A DNA stretch of 64,000 bases from assembly GCF_006345805.1 (NCBI RefSeq), contig NC_043004.1:52204001-52268000 (forward strand). Reading direction: 5' to 3'. Source of the DNA: Octopus sinensis (taxonomy: Eukaryota). The notes beneath the pieces were generated by a model, which searched no databases, was not told the DNA's origin, and saw only the letters and a list, made by a program, of their open reading frames with translations. Position 1 is the first letter of the stretch. Each line of letters starts with the position of its first letter. Position numbers and translations under genes: made by a program. Positions 13,504 through 25,867 of this stretch are shown here, piece by piece.

Positions 13504-14199
13504 GATTATTTAAAATATTAGGAATGTGTTTCGGGAGCATCTCCTGTGGTGGTAAGCAAAGATATGTCAATGTAGTTGTTACAAATCGCCCGCCCCCCTT
13601 GAAAATTGCAATAACGATGCACATTTCCTGATTAAAATCTAATGTTTGAGCCTCCTAAATTTCGAGGATAAGTGTGAAAATCCTTCTTTTTAAATGTATG
13701 CGTATATCATGAATAAGATCCAGTGGGATGTTGTTAGGTCAGTGTGCTTCATTTGTTGTAATGTAAGGTAGTAAAATGAAAGAAATACATGTTATGCTGG
13801 GGGGGGGGGGGGCACGGTTCTTGAGTAGCGGAGACTGTTGAAAACAAGGTGTTTTCAGCGTGGGTAAAAGTGTTAGCATTACCAGTTATTTTATCGTTTC
13901 CACAGCTCTGTGATTTCTATCTAGATGATGCGCAGAATTCAAAAATCTTTACATTATGGAAATGTTTATTCTTTATTTTGTGCCTGATTTAAATTTGCCA
14001 TTTTTACTTGATCTCCTGAAAGCAGATTTTCTTCAAACAGACTGTCAATCATGTTTAAAAGAAAGAAGTATTACTTCTCGATATTGTTAAGACAGAAGAC
14101 GTCTTGGTTTGTCAAACCAAACTACTTATTAAACGTCATTTTAACAAAACCGATGCTTTCCTTGGCTTATTCTGAGACGACGTTTCGGAGTGCCGACTA

Positions 14200-15060
14200 T
14201 TTTTGACTACGTACTATGTTCGTGTTGACGGGAAAGTTAGTAACATTTTCTTCCATAATTTATTGGGATTGTTCACAAAAACTTTTCATGCCGTTGCAAA
14301 AGGAATATTCTTCCGAGCGGATTTAGTAAGTAGACACATGATTTTCCACGATTTCAGGGATAAGAGTGATGAAATTTGGGTACATCTAGCGATCATAGGT
14401 GTTATTTGCTATCTTGTTGAGGACAATAAATGTTATAGATTGTTTGAAAAAAGTGCTAAGGCTTCGACCGTAGATGCATCCATTCGGTTTTGAACTAATT
14501 TACAAAACAGGACTGGGTGTTGATGATAAACAATATCGATTCCATTAGCATTAATTTCCACTTCCTTGGTTTCCCAACCATTTCTTCCGTTACCATTTCT
14601 CCTTCCCTATTATGTCCTTATTCTACCATCGAGAGCAATGTGTAGAACGAGGTTGATGTTTGCTGATACATCGAAGATTGTATAATTGCCCTTAGTGTCT
14701 TCATCAGTTTCAATAGTAGTGACACAGGTAAAAGTTAGGAACCTGTCTCATTAGAATAGTGTAGAAAATGTCAATAGTTCTCATTAAAGTTGCAAGCCGA
14801 ACTTCGCGATTCTTCATTAGTTTTGTTTTTACAACAAAAGCCCACTCCATAAATGCAGTGTTTATCTTCCTTCTCCTTTCCATAGATAATGTAACCAGCT
14901 CCGAATTCTCCGCATTTCATTCTTCTAATTTCATTTAAATTTGCATCAAGAAAACTTCTGACATTCCATGTTCCAATGATAATGACCATAGTATGAGTGA
15001 CATACATCGCCACATTTCAATCTCAAAATGGTGAGGTTTCCCTACCAGAGGCTAAACCAG
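14200..15060 (-). pseudogene. RTE-type LINE 5' fossil (APE endonuclease)
   Basis: IIGTWNVRSFLD...EIRR...GE.GAGY.I...GVGF matches the RTE/BovB-like endonuclease start. Continues as FLTFTCVTT...EINANG with stops and frameshifts. Confidence 0.65.
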
Positions 15061-15349
15061 TCATTAGCAGCCCCTCTCTACCATTTTTTACGGTCTTCTC
15101 CGTTTAGTGTGGAGATAGTTTTCCTAAAGACAAATCCGTAGGATGTGAATCCTAAGTCGTCATGGAGTTCACAAATCTGGGTACCTCATACATTTCACAA
15201 ACTTGCATATCCGGACGAGTAACATTAAGTTTCACCAGAACTTACTAATAACATCCGTATCCATATGTTATTTGCATTTCCATCCAGTTGGGGGAAACTG
15301 GAAACGCATCAGGTGAAGTAAGATTGATAACCCTGTAATCAAACGAGCC

Positions 15350-16400
15350 ATGCTGTTTCCTTATTGCTTTGCCAAGCATAGAATTTTGCTTTATCTTACA
15401 GTATATATTTGAAAAAGTGAATATTTTTGTTTTCTAAAGAAGCTGATTTTGTTATTCACGATTATCCATATTTCTCTCCTATAGAGAATTAAAATTTCTA
15501 TCCAATAATTTTCCTGATTCCAGTTTAATACTCAAGGCCTGGTTTTGATTTATACTGTTGGTGAGAAATGGAAAGGTTATTATTTGATTGCTTGTGTAAT
15601 ATTCATATCTCATTTGTCCAACTGCCAACTCATGATGAAACCATAAGAAATGTCAATGTTTTCATAGAGCATGTATACAGGTTATGTTCCATTCTTACCT
15701 TCTGCTCGAAAAGTTGTTTGTAAACTTCAGGCCCTATTCTAATTCTAACGTAAGCAATCTTTATTTTATTTGAGTTCAACGTCAACATACCATGTTTACT
15801 TATAACAACAAAACACTTTCATTATTTAAGGTAATGGCACGAATATTGAAATGACATGTTCATATCATTCGCATTGATCTCTCTAAGTCATACTGAATAC
15901 CGACATTTGCAGAGTATTGAAAAAACTATTTTATACAATCAGCTTTGACAATCGTAAGAACCTAAGCTCTGATCAGCTTCGCAAAATATCCCTGTCAAAT
16001 AGAAACTCTCAAACTCGTACTCATCTCCATACTACAATAATTTTTAGCTTAATTAATTCATAACATGTTTATGGTGAACGCTACCCCGAAGATGTCTTGT
16101 TCTTCAGCTGGTATTTCATTCCACATGTATGTGAACCCTATATAACCGATACGCTGATATTCTAGCTTACTGGTCTGAAATAATGCACCAATATCAATGC
16201 TGCACATTTCTAACTCCAATGGTAAGGATGTAGTGCTCTTCCCTCAGAGGATAACTAAAATTCACTACATATTTAGTCTTCTAGTAATAAAGCGATTGCC
16301 CAATTAACGGTGTCCATATTTTGATGCATTTTTGCCCATGGAAGGCGATGCTACACAATAACTAGTTAGTACCAAACTGCCATTCACATAAGTCTATCGA
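15350..16400 (-). pseudogene. Possible Helitron PIF1-like helicase fossil
   Basis: Scattered frameshifted motifs in the expected order: EGRALH/LPLEL.CSI, KIIV-WDE (1-nt insertion), FYLTG.F, TIVKADCIK, RAITLNNES, MLYENIDISYG, SINQNQ. Highly decayed. Confidence 0.35.
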
Positions 16401-16811
16401 GTCTTATTAGCAGGTTTCGTTCTTCTTCATGCTCGGTGTTCAAAAATCATCTTCATTACTAAGCATGCCAGGTAGGATTGCCGGTATTATAGGTCACGCA
16501 CGCACGCTCGCACACGCGCGCTTGCTTGCATGCACGCACACACACAGACACACACACACACACACAGAGACACACACTCACACACACACACACATGCATA
16601 TATGTGAAAATACATACGGAAACATATTTTGATACACATTCATTATACATATATAGACGTATAAATAAACATACACGCAAACCCACAAATTTATAGACAC
16701 AGATATACAAATGCATACAGACACCTGCGCACAAACATGTATATACTTATATGTAATTTAGTATGTGCGTGTGTATACAGATATACTTAGACGTAAACGT
16801 ACACACACATG

Positions 16812-16843
<32 letters not shown>

Positions 16844-17359
16844 AAGAGTCCTATCACACATATCAATGATATATGTCGATGAGACAACATATGGAATACC
16901 TTCACATAAATACACACACACAAACACGTACACTTCCACCCACACAAACGCGTACACAAACACTTGCACACGCACATGCATACACACACACACAAGCACG
17001 TGCGCGCACACACATATTTACACAGCCCTCCCGCAGACACACACGATTATATCGATCGATGATATATAGCCGTGTGTCAGAATGATAAAAATCGATTAGT
17101 TAATCAATAATAAAAAAAGACAAAAAAACAAAACAACGGACAAGAACACCGCATAATCTCAGCCGCTCTTATTCTGTCTGAAGTACACAGACATATAGGC
17201 CTACAAACAGACAGACTGATTCTAAAAATAGATGTCTTGCAGAGAATTACAGACAAACTACAGAAGAAACGAAAGACATCTTTTAAATGTCTTTTGTAAA
17301 TGGTTTTATATATATATATATATGCATGTGTGTATGTATGTATGTATGTATGTATGTAT

Positions 17360-17469
<110 letters not shown>

Positions 17470-17559
17470 GTATGTATATGTATATACGTAATACTGTGTT
17501 TCATTGATTTTTTTTTTGTAGGTTTTATCTGATGTTTTGTTTTTCTTCTAGAAATTCTT

Positions 17560-19620
17560 ATGGTAGCTGAGGTGGAATTGGAAGAGTGACAAACAAAATA
17601 AATACCTTCTGGTATTATTTACTTATCTTCCATTTCTGTTTCTTAGTTCAAATCATATCGGGGTTAAATTTACCGTTTATTCCCCCGTGGTATGTAAAAC
17701 ATGCACCGGACAAGGACTGGGTATTAATTATATTGATTACTTCTAAAGCAGCGATTTGGTAGAATTGACAGGATGCTGAGCGAAATTATTAGCAGCATTC
17801 CTTTCGGCTTTACGTTCTGAGTTCAAATTCCGCTGAGCTTTGCATTTCGGTGACGATGGATTAAGTAGCAACTAAGAACTATGGTCGATGTAAGCCACAA
17901 GATACCTCCCCTAACTGCAGACATTGTACTTATCGTAGACAGAAACGGTATCTTGTGGTGCTTCTTTAACTTCCGTTACGTTTCTGACTGGAAACCATAT
18001 CGGGGTTAAATTTTGCGGTCTGTTCTGTAGTGGTTCGTAAAATATGCCAGGTAGGATTGCCTGTTTTATAGACCACGCATGCACGCTCACTCACGCATAC
18101 ACACACACGCACACTCACGCATAGACGCACACACACGCACACTCACGCATGCACACACACACACTCACACATACACACACACACACGCACACTCACGCAT
18201 GCACACACACACGCGCGCAAAAGCAAATACATACTTAGATATTTATCATACATAAATAGGCATAAACATATATGCAAACGCACAAACTTATGGACTCATA
18301 CATACATATGCATACGTAAAAAAAAAATCAGGACGAGAACTAGGTATTCAATTCATTATTTGCCTTATGCGTTTTGGTACGTACTTAGTTTCCTTGGTGT
18401 TTCTTAGTTCGCAACACATTGAGTTTACCTTCAAATTTCATTCTCCCGACAGTATATAAAATTTATCCCGGGCAAAAACCGAATGTTATTTTGAATCGAT
18501 AACAACCTGTCTGGTAGTATTTATCAGCTTCCAATTATTGTCTGAGTTCAAATCCCATCGGAGTTAAATTAACCATTAATCCTCTCGAGTGTATGTCAAA
18601 TATTGATTTCATATTTTGCCACTAGGCCAGCAACTTCGATTATAGTGACCCCAGGTGTCAATTGGTACTCATTTCATTGAGCATAAAGGAGATGAAAGGC
18701 AAAGTGGACCCTGTAAATATGGACGAAATGCTGCTAAGCATTTTGACCGGCGTGCTAACGATTCCGTCAATTCGCCGTCTTAGGAGTATGTGAAATATTG
18801 GTTTCACATTTTGGCATAAGACCATCATTTTTGGGTGAGTTGGGTACGTTGATTACAAGAAACCTAATACGCAACTGATTCTTATTTCATCAAACCAAAA
18901 ATGGATGAAATGTAAAGTTGAGGTCGACAAAATTTGAACTCAGAAGACAAAGACGGAAGAAATGCCGCTTAGCATTTTGTCCGTCGTGCTAACATCGCTG
19001 TCTGCTCGCCGCTTTGGGAGTATATTAATCACTCAAAGACTAGTTATTAATTTAAAAGTTTACAGTCATCGTGAACTCAACACACCGAAATGTTGGGAAA
19101 CATATAAGGGTTAGGGGTATAGAGCTCAATGTTTAGGCTTTGGGTTCGATTCCCGGACTAGTCGGTGCGTTGCGTCCTTAATCAAGGTTCTTCATTTTAC
19201 GTTTCCTTGTAGACTTAACTGAAAATGAATTTCAGAGGGTGCTTGGGATTAACCTAGCAACAGGTTGGCGTCTCGTTCAGGGATACGACTCATGTATTTT
19301 CAGTCTAAACACCTTCAAAATCCGGATAGTCTCCGGTATAATGACTCCTGTATCCAGGAGTCACGTGACAGAGTCACATCATAGCTATGATATATCTTTG
19401 TGCCAGTGACATAACAATATGGTTAAAGGGCAATGAGAAGTGATGATGGAGAATGTTAGAAATATAAGTTATTTCGTAGCATACATTGATATTCTTAGTT
19501 CAAATCCAGATATGGTTTCCCGCGCCTTTACCTTCAGAGAGTCGGTAATGTAAGTACTAGGTGAGCACCGGGGATTGTTTAATAAAATTATATATTTGAA
19601 CTCCTCATTCATGGCTTTAT
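17560..19620. mobile_element. Cluster of at least 6 decayed SINE fragments in both orientations
   Basis: Family B remnants at ~17755-17900(+), 18540-18600(+), 18610-18782(-), 18850-19015(-), 19420-19600(+). A tRNA head with GGTTCGATTCCC at ~19100-19240(+). Confidence 0.7.
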
Positions 19621-20229
19621 ACCTATATTAGATATCAGTATTCAAATGCGTAAAAAGCAGTGTATGTGCTTAATCTAGGGATGATATACTGATATTGTAG
19701 ACTAGTGGAATAAATATTTGGCCATATACAGATATGCCTCTACGTTTTGCGTTCAAATTCTTTTGGGTCACATTTTCACACGTATAAACATAAATAAAAC
19801 AACAGTCAAATCCTGGAGTCGATTTATACGAGTGTACTTTGTGCTCCAAAACTTAGGCCTTGTTCCAATGCTAAACATCGTGACATATATGAAATAAATA
19901 TAATTTGTTGGTCATATATTGGGTGACTGCTTCGCTCTCCTGTTCATTCCCCGTCTATCAACACACCACACATTCGTGAAGACATATAATGTTATATGTT
20001 GCGTGGTTGACAATGTAAATGCTAGCAACTGACAAAATGGATGTTCGCCGAAATCTTTTTATGTAATATTTTATTTATGAAATATATTTGAGGACAAATC
20101 TTCAAATTTTGTTTCGTTCACGTAGACATCAGTTCATATCTTCGGTAATGTGAACTGATAAACGAAGATTGTATTTCATGTAAGTGCCGTCGTGTAAAGA
20201 AGTTCACTTTCGCATAAGACGCTGGTTAC

Positions 20230-20745
20230 TGAGAAAGTGAGTGAAGTGAACGACGAAGAAATCCTGGAATTTTACAAACATGAAACAAAAACCAGGACAG
20301 AAATAAATTATGAACTACGGTAAATATTCAATGCCGTCAAAATTTCATGTGCGGTTCAGCAAAACCATTCTGAACGCAGGAGTAATGAGAGTGACCGTCA
20401 TTAAGAATTGAGTGTGTAAAAAAAAAAAAAAAAATATTACACCAGATGATACAAGATTCTTGTCTTTACTAATCTCGAAAGATAAAGCAATGCTTAGTGA
20501 ATATATCTCAACCACTTGTCATGTGTTTCGCTATTGGTGGATAACCGATGGCTGTGAGTGCAAATGCAGAAAGAATGGTTCAGCTACCTAATAGGAATCT
20601 GTTGAGGAAAACCAGATACACTAATGTGGCTTCAATTTCAAATCTAGAAAATAATAGCGTGGACGTTAAGCAATAATGGACTCTAAACTAAACACATCAC
20701 AGCTTTTTCAGGCACTCTTGAAAATAAGACTTCACATCTAAAGTA
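20230..20745 (+). pseudogene. Possible Crypton-like tyrosine-recombinase transposon fossil
   Basis: VSEVNDEEILEF...IFNA (N-terminus-like), PMAVS..ERMV...RYTNVASISNLENNSVDVKQ and KHITAFSG resemble the PMG.N...YTNH..RAT.I..L....V...IM..SGH motifs of the family. Internally deleted. Confidence 0.45.
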
Positions 20746-21069
20746 ATTTTTAAAACAAAATGGTGTGAAAATTCGTTTTATATATTTACGCTTTGGCTCA
20801 CATATATGCCAACCTCGTTATTAGTTTGGGTTTGTGAGAGAACATCGTATTTGCATTGCTTAGAATGAAGATCAGTGGAGTTATTAGATGGTGGGAACTT
20901 GATAATATTACTGAAATAGCTTTACGGGTAGTTGAAACGCAAAAAGCCCTGTGGAAATCCTAAAGAATAAATGCATCACAGTGGTTAAATAAACGTCGCA
21001 AATGCGCAAATATTTCGCTCTCTATTACATAATTTTGAGAGAAATTAATTCTTGATAATATATATATAT

Positions 21070-21123
<54 letters not shown>

Positions 21124-21129
<6 letters not shown>

Positions 21130-21630
21130 CCACAAATGGGGCTCCAGGCACGACAAACCCTGTAATTCACATATGCAAAACTCCTATGGAACTATTTTTG
21201 TAGTGCGCATGGCAAAATTTTGGAGGGAAGATTTATGAATTCAAACGTCTATGTAGGTTTAGCCTTTGCTCGCTTTCTTCAAATATTTTGATGTCGCATG
21301 GTCAGAAGGTTTGAGGTACGTAGCATTTGATAAATCTATGATAAATCTATTTCAATGGAAAGCTGTGCTGAAGAAGGATGTGAAATATATATGCAATATA
21401 TATGAAATATATATCAAAAGTATATATGAAATATATATTCAATATGTTTATAATCCAGAAACATGATGTTCACAGATAACCACCAGACTTCGTTTTCGAA
21501 TATCTATTCCTTCTGTTTTGCATATGTGAATTACAGGGTTTGTCGTGCCTGGAGCCCCATTTGTGGAAATTAGAAATAAGCATTTTTGACTGCTATTTCT
21601 ACTTTTTTCGGTATGCGGTCAAGCAACCTG
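21124..21630 (+). mobile_element. Hammerhead-bearing short element with a 58-bp inverted repeat (21124-21181 vs 21515-21572)
   Basis: Perfect 58-bp inverted repeat, hammerhead-like motif at 21363-21475, (TA)n on the left. Confidence 0.75.
21363..21475 (+). ncRNA. Hammerhead-like motif with expanded stem II loop
   Basis: CTGTG-CTGAAGA-A-GGAT(~73-nt AT-rich loop)ATCC-A-GAAA-CATGATG-TT-CACAG. Stem I CTGTG/CACAG is perfect; there is an extra A before GAAA. Confidence 0.6.
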
Positions 21631-21787
21631 TTGCCTGTCCCTTTTTCTTATATACAATATATATATACTGAACTTTACAGAAGTTCCTGCCGGTAATCGG
21701 CTATATTTACATACCGAATTCTACCAGTAAATAATTGTGGTCTTTTTTTAAAAACCATTATAGAAATTATTTACCCTTATTATTATA

Positions 21788-21851
<64 letters not shown>

Positions 21852-21915
21852 CCAAAATGCTGCAATAATATAGAAATCATATTAAAGCTTGCAGTGCTCA
21901 ATTAATTGAGTTATA

Positions 21916-23117
21916 CAGGGGTTGGACAAAATAATGGAAACGCCTAGCATCATAGCATCATAATTTTGAAATATCTATAAAACCTCAAAAGCTTGTTCAT
22001 TTTTATATTTTTTTGATTTACTGTTAGTGCTGCCTAATATGTTTTGCTAAGATTGCTGTTTATTTTCAGAAAAAGATTATTAAAATTCATTAAAATGACA
22101 GATCTATCGGACTTTCAAAGAGGTCAAATTGTTGGTGCTCGTATGGCAGGCGCTAGCGTAACGAAAATAGCCAAAATGTTTGGTGTATCAAGAAGTACTG
22201 TTTCGAAAGTAATGACAGCCTTTGAGAAAGAGGGAAGAACCTCCTCGTCGAAACAAAACTCCGGAAGAAAACCAAAACGTTCAGATAGGGACCGTCGGAC
22301 TCTTACGCGTATTGTTAGAAAGGATCACAAAAGCTCCCAAATTTACTGCAGAACTTAATGACCATCTTGAGAACCCAGTTTCCGCAAAATCTGTTTGCCG
22401 GGAGCGGCACAAAGCTGAATTTCAAAAACAAACATTGCAAAGCGTTTAGTGTGGAATAAAAACCTACAGAATTGGTCCCGAGAGCAGTAGTAAAATGTTA
22501 TTTTCTTGGTCGAGTCATCTTTTACCTGATTTCCGACTCCCGGCCGAGTATACGTGTGGAGACAGCCAAAAGGAAGCATTTGACCCAGACTGCCTTCTTC
22601 CAACTGTTAAACATGGAGGAGGATATTAGAAATCTGACGGCCCAATGGTTTCCCTTGATGGCAGAATTAATAGTCAAGACTATTTAAGCATTTTATCAGA
22701 TAAAATTCATCCTATGGTTGCGGAACAGTTTCCAGAGGTAAACACAATCTTTCAGGATGATAATGCATCAACTCACTAAAGTTGTTACTGAATGGCTCGA
22801 AGAACATTGTAGTCAAGTTGAACATCTTATCTGGCCACCACAATCCCCAGATCTCAATATTATTGAACATTTATGGTGCATTTTAGAAAAACAAGTGAGG
22901 AGTCGATATCGTCCACCATCATCACTACAAGAACTGGAAACTGTTTTAGCTGAAGAATGGACCAAATATCCTTTGGAAACAATTCAAACTTTGTACGAGT
23001 CCATTCCACGTAGACTTCAAGCTGTAATTACTGCCAAAGGCGGTCCTACACCATATTAAAATAATTTTGTTTGAAATTTTAAGATGTTTCCATTATTTTG
23101 TCCAACCCCCTCCCCTG
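21916..23117 (+). mobile_element. Tc1-family DNA transposon, full length, inactivated
   Basis: 26-bp TIR CAGGGGTTGGACAAAATAATGGAAAC / GTTTCCATTATTTTGTCCAACCCC(CTCCCC)TG; TA on both sides (21914-21915, 23118-23119). Confidence 0.95.
22095..23059 (+). pseudogene. Tc1 DD34E transposase pseudogene
   Basis: MTDLSDFQRGQIVGARMAG HTH start, FQDDNA, WPPQSPDLNIIEHLW, AKGGPTPY*. First catalytic D mutated (F-L-V-E for F-S-D-E); several frameshifts, stops and deletions. Confidence 0.92.
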
Positions 23118-23276
23118 TATGTTACAAATCTCTCAATCGCTTCATATAAATGTTTGTTTTATCTGAAGAAATACAGGCGTATAGTTTAAGTTAAAATGAA
23201 AGATCAATCGATGCTGTTTACTAGAGTTCATATTTATTGTTTTCCCAAAGATACGCTTGAAGTATAAATAAGAATT

Positions 23277-23460
23277 ATGGCGGCGAGCTGGTAGAATTGC
23301 TAGCACGCCGAGCAAAATGCTTAGCGGAATTTCGTCTGTCCTTAAGTTCTAACTTCAAATTACGCCAAGATTGACTTTGTCGTTCATCCTTTCCGGGATG
23401 GTGTCAATCGTCTTACTCCCTCCTCCGAAGATGCTGGCCTTGTATCAAAATTTTAAATCA
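23277..23460 (+). mobile_element. SINE family B, degenerate
   Basis: ggcggcgagctggtagaattgctagcacgccgagcaaaatgcttagcgg head. Confidence 0.85.
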
Positions 23461-23951
23461 GTCAATATAAATGAGAATTAGGTATGATACAAGTACACTT
23501 AAGAAGTATCTGTGTAAAAAAGTGAGGAAATATACAGAAGGATGGGAATAAGCAAATGATTGTCGGGTGTTGAAGATAGAAAGTTCTCGTAAATTTACGA
23601 TGAAGGAAAGGTATGAGAGACTGAGGTTTGGTATTCAAATTTTGCTATTGTTTTGGGTTGAATTAAATATGAAAGTATATTAGTAAACATATATAAAATG
23701 AGGTCACCATATCCTTTGGTACACAATGTTATTTTTGTGCTCTTTTATGGGCCATATAAGAATGTTTATAAATAATACACTGGTTCATAAATCATAAGTC
23801 AGAATGAGATTGAATTTGGTGTTGTTGGCAACAGTTTCTATGAAGATATAGTGAAAAGGGTCTGTATACAGATATTCATATATATATATATATACATGTT
23901 TATGCATAACCTCTATATGCTTAAATACATATATTTGTACGTGTATATCTA

Positions 23952-24013
<62 letters not shown>

Positions 24014-24469
24014 CATACAAACCCACAAACATGAACAGAGAAACACATTAATGTACATAATACAAACGTACACACATACAGAATATATATATGCATACAT
24101 ATACATGCATGCACACGCATACATACATAGTCACTTACATACATACATACATAAATACAAACATACATACATACGTGTATACACATACACACTGACGCAC
24201 ACATATGCGCACAAACAAATAAAATGAATGCAGCTCTGATAACGGAGAGAGTCAAAGACCTTTGAAAAGTTGGCAAGCGGTATGGAAAATTTTAGAAAAA
24301 ATAATTAAGTATATGAATGGAAATCGAACCGGTGAGTGTGTTAATGAATAACGCATTAAAACAGAATGACTTTCCCCAGCTACAATAAGATTTGATTCAG
24401 AGGACGAATTTACAGAAGGAATCTTTCAAATTAGATAAAAGATGAGAGATATATATAGATAACATTATT

Positions 24470-25090
24470 GTAACAAAACCAGTGGTACCTGCCCAGATAT
24501 AGAGAGTAAAGATTGGAATAGGATACAAAGAGTTTGTGACGAAGCAAACAGGGTGAACACGTGATGCAACACCGACAAATATTAAGGAGCGATGTTTGTA
24601 GAGGCCACAGCCAATGGAGAACTAGCCCGAATATTTAGGACAACTCTGAAGGAGGCCAAACACAACATTAAGATCGTTGAAAAGCCAGGGAACTGCATCA
24701 GATCACAAATCTGTAAGACGCACCCCTTTGAGAAATCCACATGCACCAATGAGAACTGTATAGTATGTAAGATTAACCCTGGAATTACTGTAGAACTAGA
24801 AATGTGCATAAGGTGCATAGAAGGTGCTTGTAAAGACGAGAACATGATATACATAGCTGAGACATCTAGAAGCATTGCGGAGAGACTAAATGAACATTTG
24901 AGACAAGATGACGACAAAAAAATACTCCTCTATACTCTACCAGCATGCCAAAGACCAACATGGAGGCACACTGGGTCAACTTCACATCCACATTTTATCC
25001 ATGCACCCGAAAGACCCAACACTGAGACAAATTCAGGAGTACGTCCTTATAAATGAAACGTCCCCAGTACGAAATAGGAAATATACATTG
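24470..25090 (+). pseudogene. Penelope-like GIY-YIG endonuclease fossil with Cys-rich insert
   Basis: MFVEATANGELA...KIVEKPG...KTHPF...C...C.VC...C..C...YIAETSRSIAERLNEH; frameshift to SILYQH...H...DPTLRQIQEYVLINE..P..NRK. Confidence 0.85.
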
Positions 25091-25741
25091 AAGTTAGTCA
25101 TACTACAATACCCACAGTTTATATATACACAAGTAAAGTTGTTCGTAGGCTGTCTTGTAGGTGTATATGTATGTGTACGTGTGTGTGTGTATATATATAT
25201 ATATAATATATATATATATATGTATGTACACACACATACACACAAACACATGAATATGCAGAATACATACATACGTACACACATGCATACATATGTATGC
25301 ATACGCATACATATATGTACACACATGCATGCATACATACGTACATGCATACATACAGACATACATACATACATACATACATACAAATGTTTATACACAT
25401 GTACACTGACGCATACACATGAGCGCAAACAAATAAACAACCAGAACGCAGCTGCGATAACGGACAGAGTCAACGACTATTGAAAAGGTTGCAAGATGTA
25501 AGGAAACCTTTAGAAAAAATAAGTAAAGGAGTGGAAATCAAACTTATACAAAAAGTTTTCTTCTTATAATTACAAATATACTTAAGGGTTTAGCAAAAAG
25601 TTACTTCACCACATACCGAAAATTTAGAAATAGCAGTCAAAAATCATTTAACTGCAATATAACTCCACAGACAGCAATAATCATAACTCACATAGGCAAA
25701 AAGAAGAAAAAATAACGAAATCAACCAGTCTTACGATTAAT

Positions 25742-25786
25742 CATGTACGCGTTTCGGGATTAAAATCCATTTCCCTCATCAGCATG
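25742..25786 (-). ncRNA. Minimal type I hammerhead ribozyme, canonical core
   Basis: Minus strand CATG-CTGATGA-GGGA(12-nt loop)TCCC-GAAA-CGCG-TA-CATG. Stem I CATG/CATG, stem II GGGA/TCCC, palindromic stem III ACGCGT, GUA cleavage triplet. Confidence 0.88.
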
Positions 25787-25791
25787 TTTAT

Positions 25792-25867
25792 AACATCGAC
25801 ACCTCGAACGCACATTGCGGCCGCGGGATCCTATCGTCCCGGGGCCCCGTCCGGTTGAGAGGCGGTC
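25792..25867 (+). pseudogene. 3' half of 5.8S rRNA (dispersed fragment)
   Basis: AACATCGACACCTCGAACGCACATTGCGGCC.CGGG...CCCGGGGCC.CG.CC.G.TGAG matches the conserved metazoan 5.8S 3' half, including the GC hairpin. Confidence 0.88.

Noticed and set aside
19342-19363. Perfect 9-bp hairpin TGACTCCTG-TATC-CAGGAGTCA
   Set aside because: Isolated, with no CTAG Helitron end or other context; terminator logic does not apply to this genome.
21290-21380. VAFDKSMINLF resembling piggyBac SIDESM
   Set aside because: The region is better explained as the hammerhead element; there are no TTAA ends or further piggyBac motifs.
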